From Candidatus Oxydemutator sp. (GTDB lineage Bacteria; Pseudomonadota; Gammaproteobacteria; Poriferisulfidales; Oxydemutatoraceae): 64,000 bases of DNA. Position 1 is the stretch's first letter. Each line of letters starts with the position of its first letter. The DNA lies in assembly GCA_965203445.1 (NCBI GenBank), contig OZ241883.1, positions 2,112,001 through 2,176,000 of the forward strand. The letters are read 5' to 3'. Positions 39,283 through 51,615 of the stretch are shown in pieces. The notes under the pieces are model-generated. The model was given only the letters and a program-made list of their open reading frames with translations. It did no database searches and was not told the DNA's origin. The translations under genes were made by a program, and so were the position numbers.

Positions 39283-39690
39283 TCAGGCCAACAGACTGCA
39301 CGTCACCTTCCTGGTATGGGCCGAGGTGCGGTGCTCCCATAGATAAATGCCCTGCCACGTGCCGAGATCCAGCCTGCCGCCGCGCACCGGCACGTTCAAC
39401 TCGGTCTGCGTCAACACCGAGCGAACGTGCGCCGGCATGTCATCCGGCCCTTCGGCGACGTGCGCAAAGCGCGGATCGCCGTCCGCCACCAGCGCCCCCA
39501 GGAAGCGCTCCAGATCCTCGTGCACCGCCGGATCCGCGTTCTCGGTGATCACCAGCGAGGCGCTGGTGTGGTGGATGAACAAGTGGCACAAGCCTTCCGT
39601 GGCGCGCGGCAACAACGCCTGTATCTTGTCGGTCAGGTCGTAAAACCCCCTGCCCCGGGTGCGGCAGGATATGGCTTTCGAGAACAACAT
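39283..39690 (-). CDS. yjbQ: YjbQ/UPF0047 family protein
   Basis: HTSASL...ENADP.V..D, EGPDDMPAH, LGTWQGIYL.EH. Confidence 0.92.
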   Translation of the reverse strand: MLFSKAISCRTRGRGFYDLTDKIQALLPRATEGLCHLFIHHTSASLVITENADPAVHEDLERFLGALVADGDPRFAHVAEGPDDMPAHVRSVLTQTELNVPVRGGRLDLGTWQGIYLWEHRTSAHTRKVTCSLLA

Positions 39691-39733
39691 CGGCCGGGCG
39701 GCTTGAAAACTTCATTATAATGGCAAAAGCACG

Positions 39734-40975
39734 ATGACCGAAATTCCGATCCACGCGGCACAAAGCGGCGCGGCGCAAAGGCGCCGCTGCGTGGCCGTGC
39801 GCGTCGGCCGCGCGGGAATCGGCGGCGACCATCCGATCCGGGTGCAGTCCATGACCAACACCGACACCTCGAACGTCGCCGAGACCGCCGCCCAAATCGA
39901 GGAACTGGCCGCGGCCGGCTCGGAGCTGGTGCGCGTCACGGTCAACGACGAAGCGGCGGCGCGCGCGGTGCCCGCGATCGTCGAGCGCCTTGCGGCCAAG
40001 GGGATTAAGACACCCGTCGTCGGCGACTTCCACTTCAACGGCCACAAGCTGCTCACGCGCCACCCGGAGTGTGGCGAGCACCTGGACAAGCTGCGCGTCA
40101 ATCCCGGCAACGTCGGCCGCGGGACGCGCCGCGACCCCCAGTTCGCGCGGATCATCGAGTGCGCCTGTCGTTTCGACAAACCGGTGCGCATCGGCGTCAA
40201 CTGGGGCAGCCTGGACCAGGAGCTGCTGAAACAAAAACTAGACGACAACGCGGCGCTGACGCAACCGCTGACGCTCGCCGCGGTCACCCGCGACGCGCTG
40301 ATAGAGTCGGCGCTCGCGAGCGCGCGTCGCGCCGAGGAACTGGGCTTGGCGCACGACCGCATCGTGCTGTCGTGCAAGCTCAGCGACGTGCGCGAGTTGA
40401 TCACCGTCTATCGGCGGCTCGCCGGGCTGTGCGACTATCCGCTGCATCTGGGGCTGACCGAGGCCGGTATGGGCAGAAAAGGCGTCGTCGCCTCGAGCGC
40501 GGCGCTGGCGGTGCTCCTGCAACAAGGCATCGGCGACACGATTCGCGTGTCGCTGACGCCGGCGCCGGGCGAAAGCCGCACCGAGGAGGTCATGATCGCG
40601 CGCGAAATTCTGCAAAGCCTGGGGCTGCGCTCGTTCGCGCCGACGATCACCGCCTGCCCCGGCTGCGGGCGCACGACCAACGATTATTTCCGAAAACTCG
40701 CCGGCGACGTGCAGGACTACCTCGAGCGCAGAATGCCGGAATGGAAAGACAAACACCGCGGCGTCGAGAACATGAAGGTGGCGGTGATGGGCTGCGTCGT
40801 CAACGGCCCCGGCGAGAGCAAGCAGGCCAACGTAGGCATCAGCCTGCCCGGCACCGGCGAACACCCGAAGGCGCCGGTCTATATAGACGGAAGACGCAGC
40901 GTCACGCTGTCGGGCGAAAACCTGGCCCAAGACTTCCTGCGGCTGATAGAGGAATACGTCGCCGCCAACTACTGA
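39734..40975 (+). CDS. ispG: HMBPP synthase (GcpE)
   Basis: [45 protein letters not shown]. Confidence 0.97.
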   Translation: MTEIPIHAAQSGAAQRRRCVAVRVGRAGIGGDHPIRVQSMTNTDTSNVAETAAQIEELAAAGSELVRVTVNDEAAARAVPAIVERLAAKGIKTPVVGDFHFNGHKLLTRHPECGEHLDKLRVNPGNVGRGTRRDPQFARIIECACRFDKPVRIGVNWGSLDQELLKQKLDDNAALTQPLTLAAVTRDALIESALASARRAEELGLAHDRIVLSCKLSDVRELITVYRRLAGLCDYPLHLGLTEAGMGRKGVVASSAALAVLLQQGIGDTIRVSLTPAPGESRTEEVMIAREILQSLGLRSFAPTITACPGCGRTTNDYFRKLAGDVQDYLERRMPEWKDKHRGVENMKVAVMGCVVNGPGESKQANVGISLPGTGEHPKAPVYIDGRRSVTLSGENLAQDFLRLIEEYVAANY

Positions 40976-41001
40976 CGCCCGACCCGGGCGGGCGCTCCCC
41001 A

Positions 41002-41763
41002 TTACGATGTCGACGCGCCGCCGGGCGCCGGCGACAAGCCACCGTACCAATACTGAAGCAGGCCGACGCCGACGGTCACCGCGGTCTCGACGCGCAGCGT
41101 GCGCGGCCCCAGTGCGACCGCTTGAAAGCCGGCCTCTTGCACCAGGCGGATTTCCTCGTCGCGCAATCCCCCTTCCGAGCCGACCAGCAAATGTGCACGC
41201 TGCGGCGCCGGCGACGTCGCGGACGGCGGCGCCAGACCGGTGGCGGCGCCGGGGTGCAGCACAAAGGCCGGTTCGACGGCGCCGACGGGCGCCAATGCCG
41301 ACAGGGCGATCGGTGCGGCCAGCGTCGGCAATACCGCCCTGCCGCTTTGCTCGCACGCGGCGACGATCACGCCGCGCCAATGCGCGTGGCGTGACGCCGC
41401 GCGCATCGGCGCGGCGCGCGCGGTAACCAGCGGTTGGATGCTTGCGACCCCAAGCTCGGTGGCTTTTTGGATCGCAAAGCCCATGTGCTCGGCCTTGCAC
41501 AAGGCGAGATAGAGACAAATGGACGATGCCGGTTCGGGCGGCGCTTCGATCTCGCGCTCGCACAGCACCGCGGGCGCGCGGCGCGGCGCCGCTTGCAGAC
41601 GGCATAGAAACTCGCGACCCTCGTGGTTGAAAAAACGAACCCGGTCGCCGGCGCGCATCCGCAGCACGCGAAACAAATGGTGGCGGGCGCCTTCGGTGAG
41701 CGCAAACTCGGCGCCGGCGCAAAGGCGCCGTTCGATATAGACGCGCGGCACTTTTGCGGCCAT
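41002..41763 (-). CDS. rsmE: 16S rRNA m3U1498 methyltransferase
   Basis: HL.RVLR, QKATELG, ACEQSGR, G.EGG, LGPR.LRVETA. Confidence 0.93.
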   Translation of the reverse strand: MAAKVPRVYIERRLCAGAEFALTEGARHHLFRVLRMRAGDRVRFFNHEGREFLCRLQAAPRRAPAVLCEREIEAPPEPASSICLYLALCKAEHMGFAIQKATELGVASIQPLVTARAAPMRAASRHAHWRGVIVAACEQSGRAVLPTLAAPIALSALAPVGAVEPAFVLHPGAATGLAPPSATSPAPQRAHLLVGSEGGLRDEEIRLVQEAGFQAVALGPRTLRVETAVTVGVGLLQYWYGGLSPAPGGASTS

Positions 41764-41789
41764 GCCCGTGGGCGCCGGGCGGACGGCGC

Positions 41790-43109
<1,320 letters not shown>

Positions 43110-43140
43110 GTCGTCTCCATCGTTGCGGGTATGAAAAACC

Positions 43141-44307
43141 TCAAAGCGCGTCACGCAGGTTCTCTGCCTCGTCGCAGTTCTCCCACGTGAAATCCTCATC
43201 GCGCCTGCCAAAATGCCCGAAGGCCGCGGTGCGCCGGTAAATCGGGCGCAGCAGCTCCAGCGAGTCTATGATGGCCGACGGACGCAAATCGAAGCGTCCG
43301 TTGATCAACTCGGCGATGCGCTCGCGCTCTATGGCCTCGCTGCCGAAGGTCTCGACGCCGACCGACGTCGGCTCGGCGACGCCGATGGCATAGGAGATCT
43401 GCACCTCGCAACGCCTCGCCAGGCCGGCCGCGACCACGTTCTTGGCGACGTGGCGCGCGGCGTAGGCCGCCGAGCGGTCGACCTTCGACGGATCCTTGCC
43501 GGAAAAAGCGCCGCCGCCGTGGCGCGCCATGCCGCCGTAGGTGTCGACAATGATCTTGCGCCCAGTCAGGCCGCAATCGCCGACCGGCCCGCCGGTGACG
43601 AAGGCCTTGGTGGGGTTGATAAGATAACGGGTCGCGCGCAACCGCCAGCGGGCCGGCAGCACCGGGGCGATGATCGTCTCGCGCACCGCCTCCTCGATTT
43701 CCTTCTGGGGAACGCCCTCGTCGTGCTGCGTCGAAAAAACCACCGTGTCTATACCGACGGGACGCCCATCCTCGTAGCGAAACGTCAACTGACTTTTCGC
43801 GTCCGGGCACAACCATGCGACGTGTCCGCTCTTGCGCACCTCCGAGTGGCGTTTGACCAGGCGATGCGCGTATTCTATCGGCGCCGGCATCAAGGCGTCG
43901 GTCTCGTCGGTGGCGTAGCCGAACATCAAACCCTGATCGCCGGCCCCCTGCTCCTCGGCGGACGCCGCGTCCACGGCTTGCGCGATGTCCGACGACTGCT
44001 CGCCCAAGAGCAACGTCACCTCGCAGCTATTCCCGTCGAAACCGAACCGCGGGTCGTCGTAGCCGACGTCGTTGACGACTTCGCGCACGATCGCTTCGTA
44101 ATCAACGTCGGCCGCGGTGCGCGTCTCGCCGGCTACGATCACGCGGTTGTCCTTGACCATGGTCTCGCACGCCACGCGCACGGCGCGGCGCGCTTCCTCG
44201 CTCGGTGCCGCGGCCAGGATCGCGTCCAGGATCGCGTCGGAGATCTGGTCGCAGATCTTGTCCGGGTGGCCCTCGGACACCGACTCTGAGGTAAAAAGTG
44301 TTTCCAT
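43141..44307 (-). CDS. metK: S-adenosylmethionine synthetase
   Basis: [38 protein letters not shown]. Confidence 0.97.
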   Translation of the reverse strand: METLFTSESVSEGHPDKICDQISDAILDAILAAAPSEEARRAVRVACETMVKDNRVIVAGETRTAADVDYEAIVREVVNDVGYDDPRFGFDGNSCEVTLLLGEQSSDIAQAVDAASAEEQGAGDQGLMFGYATDETDALMPAPIEYAHRLVKRHSEVRKSGHVAWLCPDAKSQLTFRYEDGRPVGIDTVVFSTQHDEGVPQKEIEEAVRETIIAPVLPARWRLRATRYLINPTKAFVTGGPVGDCGLTGRKIIVDTYGGMARHGGGAFSGKDPSKVDRSAAYAARHVAKNVVAAGLARRCEVQISYAIGVAEPTSVGVETFGSEAIERERIAELINGRFDLRPSAIIDSLELLRPIYRRTAAFGHFGRRDEDFTWENCDEAENLRDAL

Positions 44308-44387
44308 GACGGGGGAGTTTGTCCTATTATACCTTGAAAGCGTACGCCGACCAGCGTATGCTTGCGGGCAAAGAACGATCATTAGCG

Positions 44388-44942
44388 ATGAGCGCGACCA
44401 CCACTCCCGTGTGCGACTTCGGGCGCACCGCCGTGCATTTCGAACTGCCCGGCACCGACGGAAAAATGCACGACTTGCGCGGCTGCGCGGGCGACAACGG
44501 CGTGCTGGTCATGTTCATCTGCAACCATTGCCCCTTCATCAAGGCGATCCAACACAAGCTGGTGCGCGACGCCACGGCGCTGCTCGAGCACGGCATCGGT
44601 TCGGTCGCGATCATGTCGAACGACCCGGCGGAATACGCCGAGGATTCCTTCGACAACATGAAAAAAGTCGCGCGGCGGTTTCAATATCCGTTTCCGTACC
44701 TGTTCGACGAAAGCCAGCAGACGGCGAAGGATTACGGCGCCGTGTGCACGCCCGATTTCTTCGGCTACAACAAAAACTACGAGCTTCAGTTTCGCGGGCG
44801 CCTCGACGACAGCGGCCCGACCAGAACCGGCGACGACTCGCCGCGCGAGTTGTACGAGGCGATGAAGCAGGTCGCAGAGACCGGGCGCGGCCCGAAAAAC
44901 CAGACGCCGAGCATCGGCTGTTCGATCAAGTGGCGGCGCTGA
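44388..44942 (+). CDS. Thioredoxin-fold / peroxiredoxin-like (AhpC/TSA) protein
   Basis: [29 protein letters not shown]. Confidence 0.9.
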   Translation: MSATTTPVCDFGRTAVHFELPGTDGKMHDLRGCAGDNGVLVMFICNHCPFIKAIQHKLVRDATALLEHGIGSVAIMSNDPAEYAEDSFDNMKKVARRFQYPFPYLFDESQQTAKDYGAVCTPDFFGYNKNYELQFRGRLDDSGPTRTGDDSPRELYEAMKQVAETGRGPKNQTPSIGCSIKWRR

Positions 44943-45023
44943 CGGCGCTGTGACCGGCACACCGGCCGCTCCCTCGCCGCCGCCGCGGCCGTCCCAACGT
45001 CGCCGTTCCCGGAAAAAGGCATT

Positions 45024-45398
45024 TTATTCGACCAGTCTCAGCCGCGGTCTGCTCGATCTCGACGGCGCCGCGTCCGCGCTTGGCGTCGGGTCGTCGTCGG
45101 TAAACGCCACGCCCTGCATGTTCTCGCGCGCGTATATCGCAAGCACCGCCGCAAACGGCACCAGCACCGGCGCCGCGCGCCCGCCGAAACGCGCGCGGAA
45201 GGAGACGGCCGTATCGTCCATCACGAAGTCGCGCACCGCGTCCGCCGATATATTGAGCGTGACGCGCCCGTCCTCATCGTGGCCGGGTGGCACCTGCACG
45301 CCGGCGTGGCGAGCGTCGAAAACGACGTGCGGCGTGCAGCCGTTGTCCACGATCCATTGATGGATCGCACGAAACAGATAAGGCCGGCGCGAGGTCAA
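45024..45398 (-). CDS. sspB: ClpXP adaptor SspB
   Basis: RPYL.RA..WIVDN..TP, LNIS..AV, ARFGG, IYAREN, C-terminal P.LRLV. Confidence 0.93.
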   Translation of the reverse strand: MTSRRPYLFRAIHQWIVDNGCTPHVVFDARHAGVQVPPGHDEDGRVTLNISADAVRDFVMDDTAVSFRARFGGRAAPVLVPFAAVLAIYARENMQGVAFTDDDPTPSADAAPSRSSRPRLRLVE

Positions 45399-45430
45399 AA
45401 CCAGGTCGGAGAGGCGCGAGACGGCGCCCG

Positions 45431-46099
45431 CTAGCGCTCTTCCAGCTCAGCCTCGGCGTCGGTCAGGCTCAAGCGAAACGCCGGGCGCTCGAACACGCGC
45501 TTGGCGTACCTCCAAACCGGTTTCAGGCGCGGCTGCGACATCGGGATGTCAAGCTTCGGAAGCCGCCACAGGATCGAGGCGACGCTGCAATCGAGCAGGC
45601 TAAATTCGTCGTTCAGAAAATAGCGGTTCGAGCGGAAAATGGACGCCTGCGAGACCAGCGCCTCCTCGAGCAACTTCTTCGCCCTGTCGGCGATCTTGCG
45701 GTTCGCGGACTGCGCCTTCTTCAGTTGCGGATACCAGTCGCTCTCGAGATGGTACATGCCGAGGCGTATGCGCGCGCGGTGCATCGGGTCTATCGGCATC
45801 AACGGCGGATGCGGAAAGCGTTCTTCCAGATAGTCCAGGATGGTGCGCGATTCGTAGATCACGACGTCGCGGTCGACCAGCGTCGGCACCGAGTTGTACG
45901 GGTTGATCTCGGACAGGTCTTCGGGCGTGCTCGAACCGTCCACCGGCACCGTCTTGAAATCGATCTCCTTTTCGGCCAGCGTGATGCGCACGCGATGGCA
46001 CAGCGGACACAAGGATCCGGAGAACAGCGTCATCACCAGCTGCCGGTCCGGCGGCAGCGAGGACTTCAAATCGCCTTCGGTATCGGCGTCAGTGGACAT
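45431..46099 (-). CDS. sspA: Stringent starvation protein A
   Basis: HRVRI.LAEK, NPYNSVPTLVDR, ERFPHPPLMP, LWRL. Confidence 0.93.
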   Translation of the reverse strand: MSTDADTEGDLKSSLPPDRQLVMTLFSGSLCPLCHRVRITLAEKEIDFKTVPVDGSSTPEDLSEINPYNSVPTLVDRDVVIYESRTILDYLEERFPHPPLMPIDPMHRARIRLGMYHLESDWYPQLKKAQSANRKIADRAKKLLEEALVSQASIFRSNRYFLNDEFSLLDCSVASILWRLPKLDIPMSQPRLKPVWRYAKRVFERPAFRLSLTDAEAELEER

Positions 46100-46835
46100 C
46101 TTTCCAGTATTCTCGTTTCAGCAAGTACGTGACCGCCAGCAAAACCAGCAGAAACAGGATAACCCAAATCCCGTAACGCTCGCGTTTCAGCGCCGCCGGT
46201 TCGGCCAGATAGACCAGAAAAGTCACCAGGTCGCGGACGACGCGGTCGTATTCCTCGGCGGACAGCAGCCCCGGCCGAACCAGCTCGAGTCTTTCTATCG
46301 CCCATTTGTCGTCGGTGCCGTGGTTCTCTTTGTACACCGGCCGCTGCCAGCCCTGCAACTCCCACAGCACGTGCGGCATCGCCACGTGCTGAAACACGGC
46401 GTTGTTCACGCCCATTGGGCGCTCGGGATCGAGATAGAAGGACTTCAGATAAGTATAAATCCAATCGGCGCCGCGCGCACGCGCCGCCAGCGTCAGGTCG
46501 GGCGGCGGCGCGCCGAACCATTCGATGGCCTTTGCGTGCGGCATGGCCACGGTCATCAGATCGCCGATCTTGCCGTCGGTCAAAATCAGGTTGTCCTTGA
46601 CCATGTCTTCGGACAGGCCCAGGTCCTCGCCGACCCAGCGGTAGCGCGCGTAGCGCGAACTGTGGCAACTCAGACAGTAATTGACGAAATACTTGGCGCC
46701 TCTTTGCAGCGACGCACGGTTATGGATGCTGACCTCGACCGACTCCAGCGGGTAGCCGGTGTCCGCGGCCACGGCCACCTGCGCGACGCCGACCAGGCCG
46801 ATCAACGCGACCGACGGCGGCAGCCGCGGCCTCAC
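46089..46835 (-). CDS. petC: Cytochrome c1
   Basis: SLQRGA, CLSCH, PPDL, MPHVL, C-terminal TM then YWKDVH. Confidence 0.93.
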   Translation of the reverse strand: MRPRLPPSVALIGLVGVAQVAVAADTGYPLESVEVSIHNRASLQRGAKYFVNYCLSCHSSRYARYRWVGEDLGLSEDMVKDNLILTDGKIGDLMTVAMPHAKAIEWFGAPPPDLTLAARARGADWIYTYLKSFYLDPERPMGVNNAVFQHVAMPHVLWELQGWQRPVYKENHGTDDKWAIERLELVRPGLLSAEEYDRVVRDLVTFLVYLAEPAALKRERYGIWVILFLLVLLAVTYLLKREYWKDVH

Positions 46836-48232
46836 GTCCGCACCCTCGCGGGTTCCGGCTTGTCGCTGCCAAGGCGCCCGACCATCGGCAGCAACAAATG
46901 AAACGCGAGATAGGCGGCCGGGATCAGCCAGCCGCGCGCGACCAGCGGCCAGATTCCGTCGTAGCCGCGCACGTAGTCGTACAGCGTGACGACGCCCAGC
47001 AGCGCCACCAGCCAGCCCAGGTAAAAAGCCGCTGAGCGTCTCTTGCTGTACACCCACAACGTAAAGAAAAACAAAAAATACAACTCGCTGAAACGCACCG
47101 CCATCTCGGTGCGAAACGGATTGACGGTGAGCGTGCCGAGATAGCCCAGATACACAAAAGCAACGACGAACACCAGCACGTTGACTTTGTAGAGCACACT
47201 GCGGTAGCGCACCGACTTTACCGGGTTGCGGTCTATCCACGGCAGGAAAAAGAGGATCAGGATGGAGGCCGTCATCGCCAGCACCCCGTACCACGGATCC
47301 GGGATGGCGCGCAGCACCGTGTAAAACGGCGTGAAGTACCACAGCGGCGAGATGTGCTCCGGCGTCAGCAACGGATTGGCTTCGACGAAGTTGTTGTGCT
47401 CGAGAAAATAGCCGCCCATCTCGGGCGCGTAAAACACGACCAGCGTGAACAGCAGCAGGAAGACCACGGCGCCGACGAGGTCCTTGAGCGTATAGTAGGG
47501 GTGGAACGGAATGCCGTCGCGCGGCTTGCCGTCGGCGCCCTTGTTTTTTTTGATCTCGACGCCGTCGGGGTTGTTCGAGCCGACCTCGTGCAAGGCCACG
47601 ACGTGCATGAATACCAAGCCGACCAGCAACAGCGGCAGCGCGATGACGTGGAACGCGAAGAAGCGGTTCAAGGTGGCGTCGGAGACGACGTAATCGCCGC
47701 GTATCCATACCGCCAGGTCGGGACCGATGTACGGAATCGCGCCGAACAGGTTGATGATCACCTGGGCGCCCCAGTACGACATCTGCCCCCACGGCAGCAG
47801 ATAGCCCATGAAGGCCTCGGCCATCAGCGTCAGGTAGAGCAGCATGCCGATGATCCACAGCAATTCGCGCGGCTTCTTGAAGGAGCCGTAGATGAGACCG
47901 CGAAACATGTGCAGGTAGATGATGACGAAAAAGGCCGAGGCGCCGGTCGAGTGCATGTAACGGATCAACCACCCCCACTCGACGTCGCGCATGATGTACT
48001 CGACCGACGCGAAAGCAAGCGCGGCGTCGGGCTTGTAGTGCATCGTCAGAAAGATGCCGGTCACGATCTGCATCGCCAGCACCAGCAGCGCGAGCGAACC
48101 GAAGAAATACCACAGGTTGAAGTTCTTCGGCGCGTAATAACCCGCGAGATGGTCGTTCCACAATCTGGACAGCGGAAAGCGCTCGTCTATCCAGGCGAGC
48201 AGGCCGCCGTTCTTTTGCGCCGCCCGTTGCAT
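46832..48232 (-). CDS. petB: Cytochrome b
   Basis: RYMHSTGAS, HMFRG, WGQMSYWG, FHV..H; Qo motif PLWY. Confidence 0.96.
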   Translation of the reverse strand: MQRAAQKNGGLLAWIDERFPLSRLWNDHLAGYYAPKNFNLWYFFGSLALLVLAMQIVTGIFLTMHYKPDAALAFASVEYIMRDVEWGWLIRYMHSTGASAFFVIIYLHMFRGLIYGSFKKPRELLWIIGMLLYLTLMAEAFMGYLLPWGQMSYWGAQVIINLFGAIPYIGPDLAVWIRGDYVVSDATLNRFFAFHVIALPLLLVGLVFMHVVALHEVGSNNPDGVEIKKNKGADGKPRDGIPFHPYYTLKDLVGAVVFLLLFTLVVFYAPEMGGYFLEHNNFVEANPLLTPEHISPLWYFTPFYTVLRAIPDPWYGVLAMTASILILFFLPWIDRNPVKSVRYRSVLYKVNVLVFVVAFVYLGYLGTLTVNPFRTEMAVRFSELYFLFFFTLWVYSKRRSAAFYLGWLVALLGVVTLYDYVRGYDGIWPLVARGWLIPAAYLAFHLLLPMVGRLGSDKPEPARVRT

Positions 48233-48831
48233 CAGGCGCTGTGCTCCCCGGACTCGCCGACGATGATCTTGTCGTCGGCGACAAAACGGTACGGGGGCAC
48301 TTCGAGATTCTTCGGCGCCGGCACGCTACGATAGACGCGCCCGGCCAGGTCGAAGCGCGAACCATGGCAGGCGCAGAAAAACCCACCCGGCCAGTGGTCG
48401 CCCAGGTCTTGCGGCGCGACCTCGGGACGAAACGCGGGCGAGCACCCGAGGTGGGTGCATATGCCGACCAGCACCAGGTACTCGGGCTTGATCGAGCGGT
48501 GCGGGTTCTTGGTGTATTGCGGTTGTTCGGACTGATCCGAGGCCGGATCGCGCAGACGCGACGCGGACTCGGCGAGCGACGCCAGCATCTGCGGCGTGCG
48601 ACGCACGATCCACACCGGCTTGCCGCGCCATTCCTCGCGGATCATGCCGCCCAGCTGGATCTTCGACAGATCCACCTCGACTGGAGCGCCCGCCGCCTGC
48701 GCGCGCGCGCTCGGACTCATCGCCTTGATGAACGGCCACGCCGCCACCGCGCCGCCGATACCGCCGACCAGACCGGCTAAAATTCTGAGAAAGCGCCGCC
48801 GCGTGGTATCCGTTTTGTTCCCGTCCGACAT
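48232..48831 (-). CDS. petA: Rieske Fe-S protein
   Basis: Tat RRRFL, CTHLGC, CACHGS. Confidence 0.96.
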   Translation of the reverse strand: MSDGNKTDTTRRRFLRILAGLVGGIGGAVAAWPFIKAMSPSARAQAAGAPVEVDLSKIQLGGMIREEWRGKPVWIVRRTPQMLASLAESASRLRDPASDQSEQPQYTKNPHRSIKPEYLVLVGICTHLGCSPAFRPEVAPQDLGDHWPGGFFCACHGSRFDLAGRVYRSVPAPKNLEVPPYRFVADDKIIVGESGEHSA

Positions 48832-48930
48832 GGAATGAAGAGTGGTCCCGTTCGCGGCGGGCGAAACGACTCGCCGACCATGGACGGTTCGTTTATTGTA
48901 TGGCTATTGGCGCGTTGATTCAAGATCTCC

Positions 48931-49023
48931 CGCCACCCTGTCCCAGGGGGAGAGGGTTACATTTTGCCTTTTCCCCCTTTTCCCTCACCCGGCCTTCGGC
49001 CATTCTTTCCCTTCGGGAGAGAG
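48931..49023. repeat. Degenerate BoxC-like palindromic intergenic repeats
   Basis: CCACCCTGTCCCAGGGGGAGAGGG and CCCTCACCCGGCCTTCGGCC...TCCCTTCGGGAGAGAG resemble the proteobacterial CCCTCACCC..CCCTCTCCC..GGGAGAGGG repeat. Confidence 0.45.
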
Positions 49024-49053
49024 CGCGGCGGGGATGCAGACAGCGCGCGCCGG

Positions 49054-51474
49054 TCAAAAGCGCCAACGGACGCCGGCTATTACCGAGATCGGGGCGCCGG
49101 GGGCGTAGTAGAGTGCTCTTTCGTCGTCGAGTTCCAGCACCGAGGGGTCGCCGGCCGCGTTCTCCCTGCCGAGTTCCGGTTCCTCGCCGATCAGGCCGAA
49201 GTTCTCATAATCTCTATCGAACAGGTTTTCGATAAGCACGAACGCGGCGAAGTTGCCGACGCGGTAATTCGCGCGCGCGTTGAACACTGCGTAACCGCCG
49301 ACTTCGCCCAGTTGGTTCGATTCATCGCCGCGCAAATGACTGCCGGAAACCGCGATCATATCGAGGCCGACCGACAGACGCTCGGTGAACGCGTAGTCGG
49401 CCGCTGCCTTGAACAGGTGCGCCGGAATGCCCGGAACGTCGTCGCCCTTCTCGACCTCGGCGACGGTCACCTCGTCGGCGGCGTCGCACCCGGGCCTGCG
49501 GCTCGGGCACACCTCGCGCACTACGGCGCCGAGCGCTTCATAATCCTCGCTGACCAGGGCCTCGAAGTCGTCCTCGAAAGTCGCCTCGAGGTAAGTGTAA
49601 TTGAGGCTCCAGTCGAGCTTGCCGTGCGTACCCGAAAGCGACGCCTCGAGACCTCTGCGCCGGGTCTCGTCGACGTTGCGAAACGCGCCGTGCGCGCGCC
49701 CCGTCGTCTGCCAGATGATGTCGTCGCGGTTGTCGGTGTGGAAACCACCGAGCGACCACAACCAGCCGTTGGCGGCGGTGCCGCGCGCGCCGAACTCGAA
49801 CGTTTCCGAGATCACCTCGTCCAGCGGCGGGTCGGCCAGAAACGCATTGGGCAGGCGGCATTCGACCTCGTCGCCGGGGTTGTTGGCGGCCCTGGCGGCG
49901 AGTATCTCCTCGCTGCACGCGAGCTCTATCGGCGTCGGCAGGCGGCTCGACTCGCTGTAGCTTCCGTAGAAGTCCACGTCGGGACGCCAGCGCCAGACGG
50001 CACCCGCGCTCCAGTTGAAGTTGTCGAAATCGTGGCTGCCGTTCAATTCCTCCTGCTCGCCGCTGCGGTCGCGCAGACGCACCTTGCTGTCGTGGTAGAA
50101 ACCGGCCAGAGTAAGCGTCCAGTCGTCGCCGACGGCGATGCTGTCGCCGAGGTACAGGTAGGAGCGCGCAACGCGCGTATTGACGTCGCTCCGGTCCTCG
50201 TCCTCATCGCTGTACTCGCCGGTGACCGAGCGCGGCCCGCGCGTCGAGCGCGTGTCCGGGTCAAGCCTTGCGTATTGCACGCGCGAATCGAAGGTGGAGC
50301 GACCCTCGTAGTAGCCCAGGCCCGCGTTGAGATCGTGCGCAAGACCGAACCAGTCCAGCGGGAAGTCTATCTCGAGGACACCGCCGTGGGCGCGTTGGCT
50401 GCGTTCGCTGACGTTGTTGATCGCATCGCACGCGATGTCATTGCATTCATCCTCGCCCGGCGGCTCCAGCAGTTCCTCCTCGGCGCCGTCGCCGTTGAAC
50501 GCGTCGGTGCCGTTGTCACGGTAATAGAGGTTGGCCGACAGGCGCGTCTCTTCTCCCAGGTCGTAGTCGCCCCTGAGGGCCCACGTGTACATGTCGTTTT
50601 CGGTAATATCGGGCGCGGTGAAAATGGCTTCGCGGTCGTTATCGAGCAGTCCGATTGGCGACAATCCGTTGCCGGTAAGGTCGGATCTGCCGCGGTGGTA
50701 GTTAAGCCCGAGCGACGCTCGCTGCGAGCGCCAGTCAAGACTCGTATACAGATTTTCCGCCCACGAGTTTGAAAGGTCGCGCCAGCCCCCCTCGTAGAAG
50801 CGTTGCGCGTTGACGTACCAGGCGAACTCGCCGTTGTTGCCGCCGCTCTCGAAATTGCCGATGAAGCGCTCGTACGAACCGCCCTCGACCTCGACCGAAT
50901 GTCCCGGATGGGTAAATCCGTTCTTCATCTCGAGCACGATCGCGCCGCCCAAGGCGTTCAACCCGTAGAGCGGGTTGGAACCGCTCAGCAGGTTCATGCC
51001 GGCGATTGCGTTCATCGGCACCAGGTCCCAGTTCACGGTATCGCCCAGGGGTTCGTTCAGGCGCACGCCGTTTTGGTACACCGCCAGGCCCATCGGCAAC
51101 CCGAGCAGCGGCGACGCGGCGAAGCCGCGGTAATAAAGATCCACCTGTAGCGGATTTCCTTGCGCCGAGTTCACGTGGACGCCGCCGAAGTAACGATTGA
51201 GGTGGCCCGAGACGTCGGGGCTTATGCCGCGCGCGAGTTCTTCGTCGCCGGCGCTCTGGATACGCCCCGGAAAATCGCGCGCGTCGAGGTCGTCCTGGCG
51301 CACCGGCGTCGTGCCTATGACGATGATTCTCTCGGCCTCGTCGGCCGACACGAAAACCGACGCCGACGCAAAAACCATCAGGAATACGGCGGAAAAAGCC
51401 CTGTCGACGAACTCGTGGCCGAGAACATTGTTCATGTCGTCTCCATTGTTCATCACGTCGTCTCCATTGTCCAC
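49054..51474 (-). CDS. TonB-dependent outer-membrane receptor (resembles LutH/LanA-type methylotroph receptors)
   Basis: TonB box-like IIVIG, plug YRGF.ASPLLG.P.GL.VYQNGVR.NEP.GDTVNWDL.P, R.PT.IEL.C, C.LPNAF.ADPPL, NLFD, terminal F. Confidence 0.85.
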   Translation of the reverse strand: MDNGDDVMNNGDDMNNVLGHEFVDRAFSAVFLMVFASASVFVSADEAERIIVIGTTPVRQDDLDARDFPGRIQSAGDEELARGISPDVSGHLNRYFGGVHVNSAQGNPLQVDLYYRGFAASPLLGLPMGLAVYQNGVRLNEPLGDTVNWDLVPMNAIAGMNLLSGSNPLYGLNALGGAIVLEMKNGFTHPGHSVEVEGGSYERFIGNFESGGNNGEFAWYVNAQRFYEGGWRDLSNSWAENLYTSLDWRSQRASLGLNYHRGRSDLTGNGLSPIGLLDNDREAIFTAPDITENDMYTWALRGDYDLGEETRLSANLYYRDNGTDAFNGDGAEEELLEPPGEDECNDIACDAINNVSERSQRAHGGVLEIDFPLDWFGLAHDLNAGLGYYEGRSTFDSRVQYARLDPDTRSTRGPRSVTGEYSDEDEDRSDVNTRVARSYLYLGDSIAVGDDWTLTLAGFYHDSKVRLRDRSGEQEELNGSHDFDNFNWSAGAVWRWRPDVDFYGSYSESSRLPTPIELACSEEILAARAANNPGDEVECRLPNAFLADPPLDEVISETFEFGARGTAANGWLWSLGGFHTDNRDDIIWQTTGRAHGAFRNVDETRRRGLEASLSGTHGKLDWSLNYTYLEATFEDDFEALVSEDYEALGAVVREVCPSRRPGCDAADEVTVAEVEKGDDVPGIPAHLFKAAADYAFTERLSVGLDMIAVSGSHLRGDESNQLGEVGGYAVFNARANYRVGNFAAFVLIENLFDRDYENFGLIGEEPELGRENAAGDPSVLELDDERALYYAPGAPISVIAGVRWRF

Positions 51475-51615
51475 GTTGTCTCCTTACTGAATCAGGATTA
51501 ACGGAAACAATGAAAAGTACTCGTTTATGCCCCGCCCAAGGGGGCTACGACGGTACCCATAGGTAAGGCCTTGCATTATACTACCCGTTATACCGAAGTC
51601 TATATCGGAGGAAAA

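Noticed and set aside
43110-44387. SAM/SAH riboswitch before metK or ahcY (and FMN or preQ1 switches before rib/queF)
   Set aside because: Intergenic gaps are too short and no consensus aptamer motifs are visible
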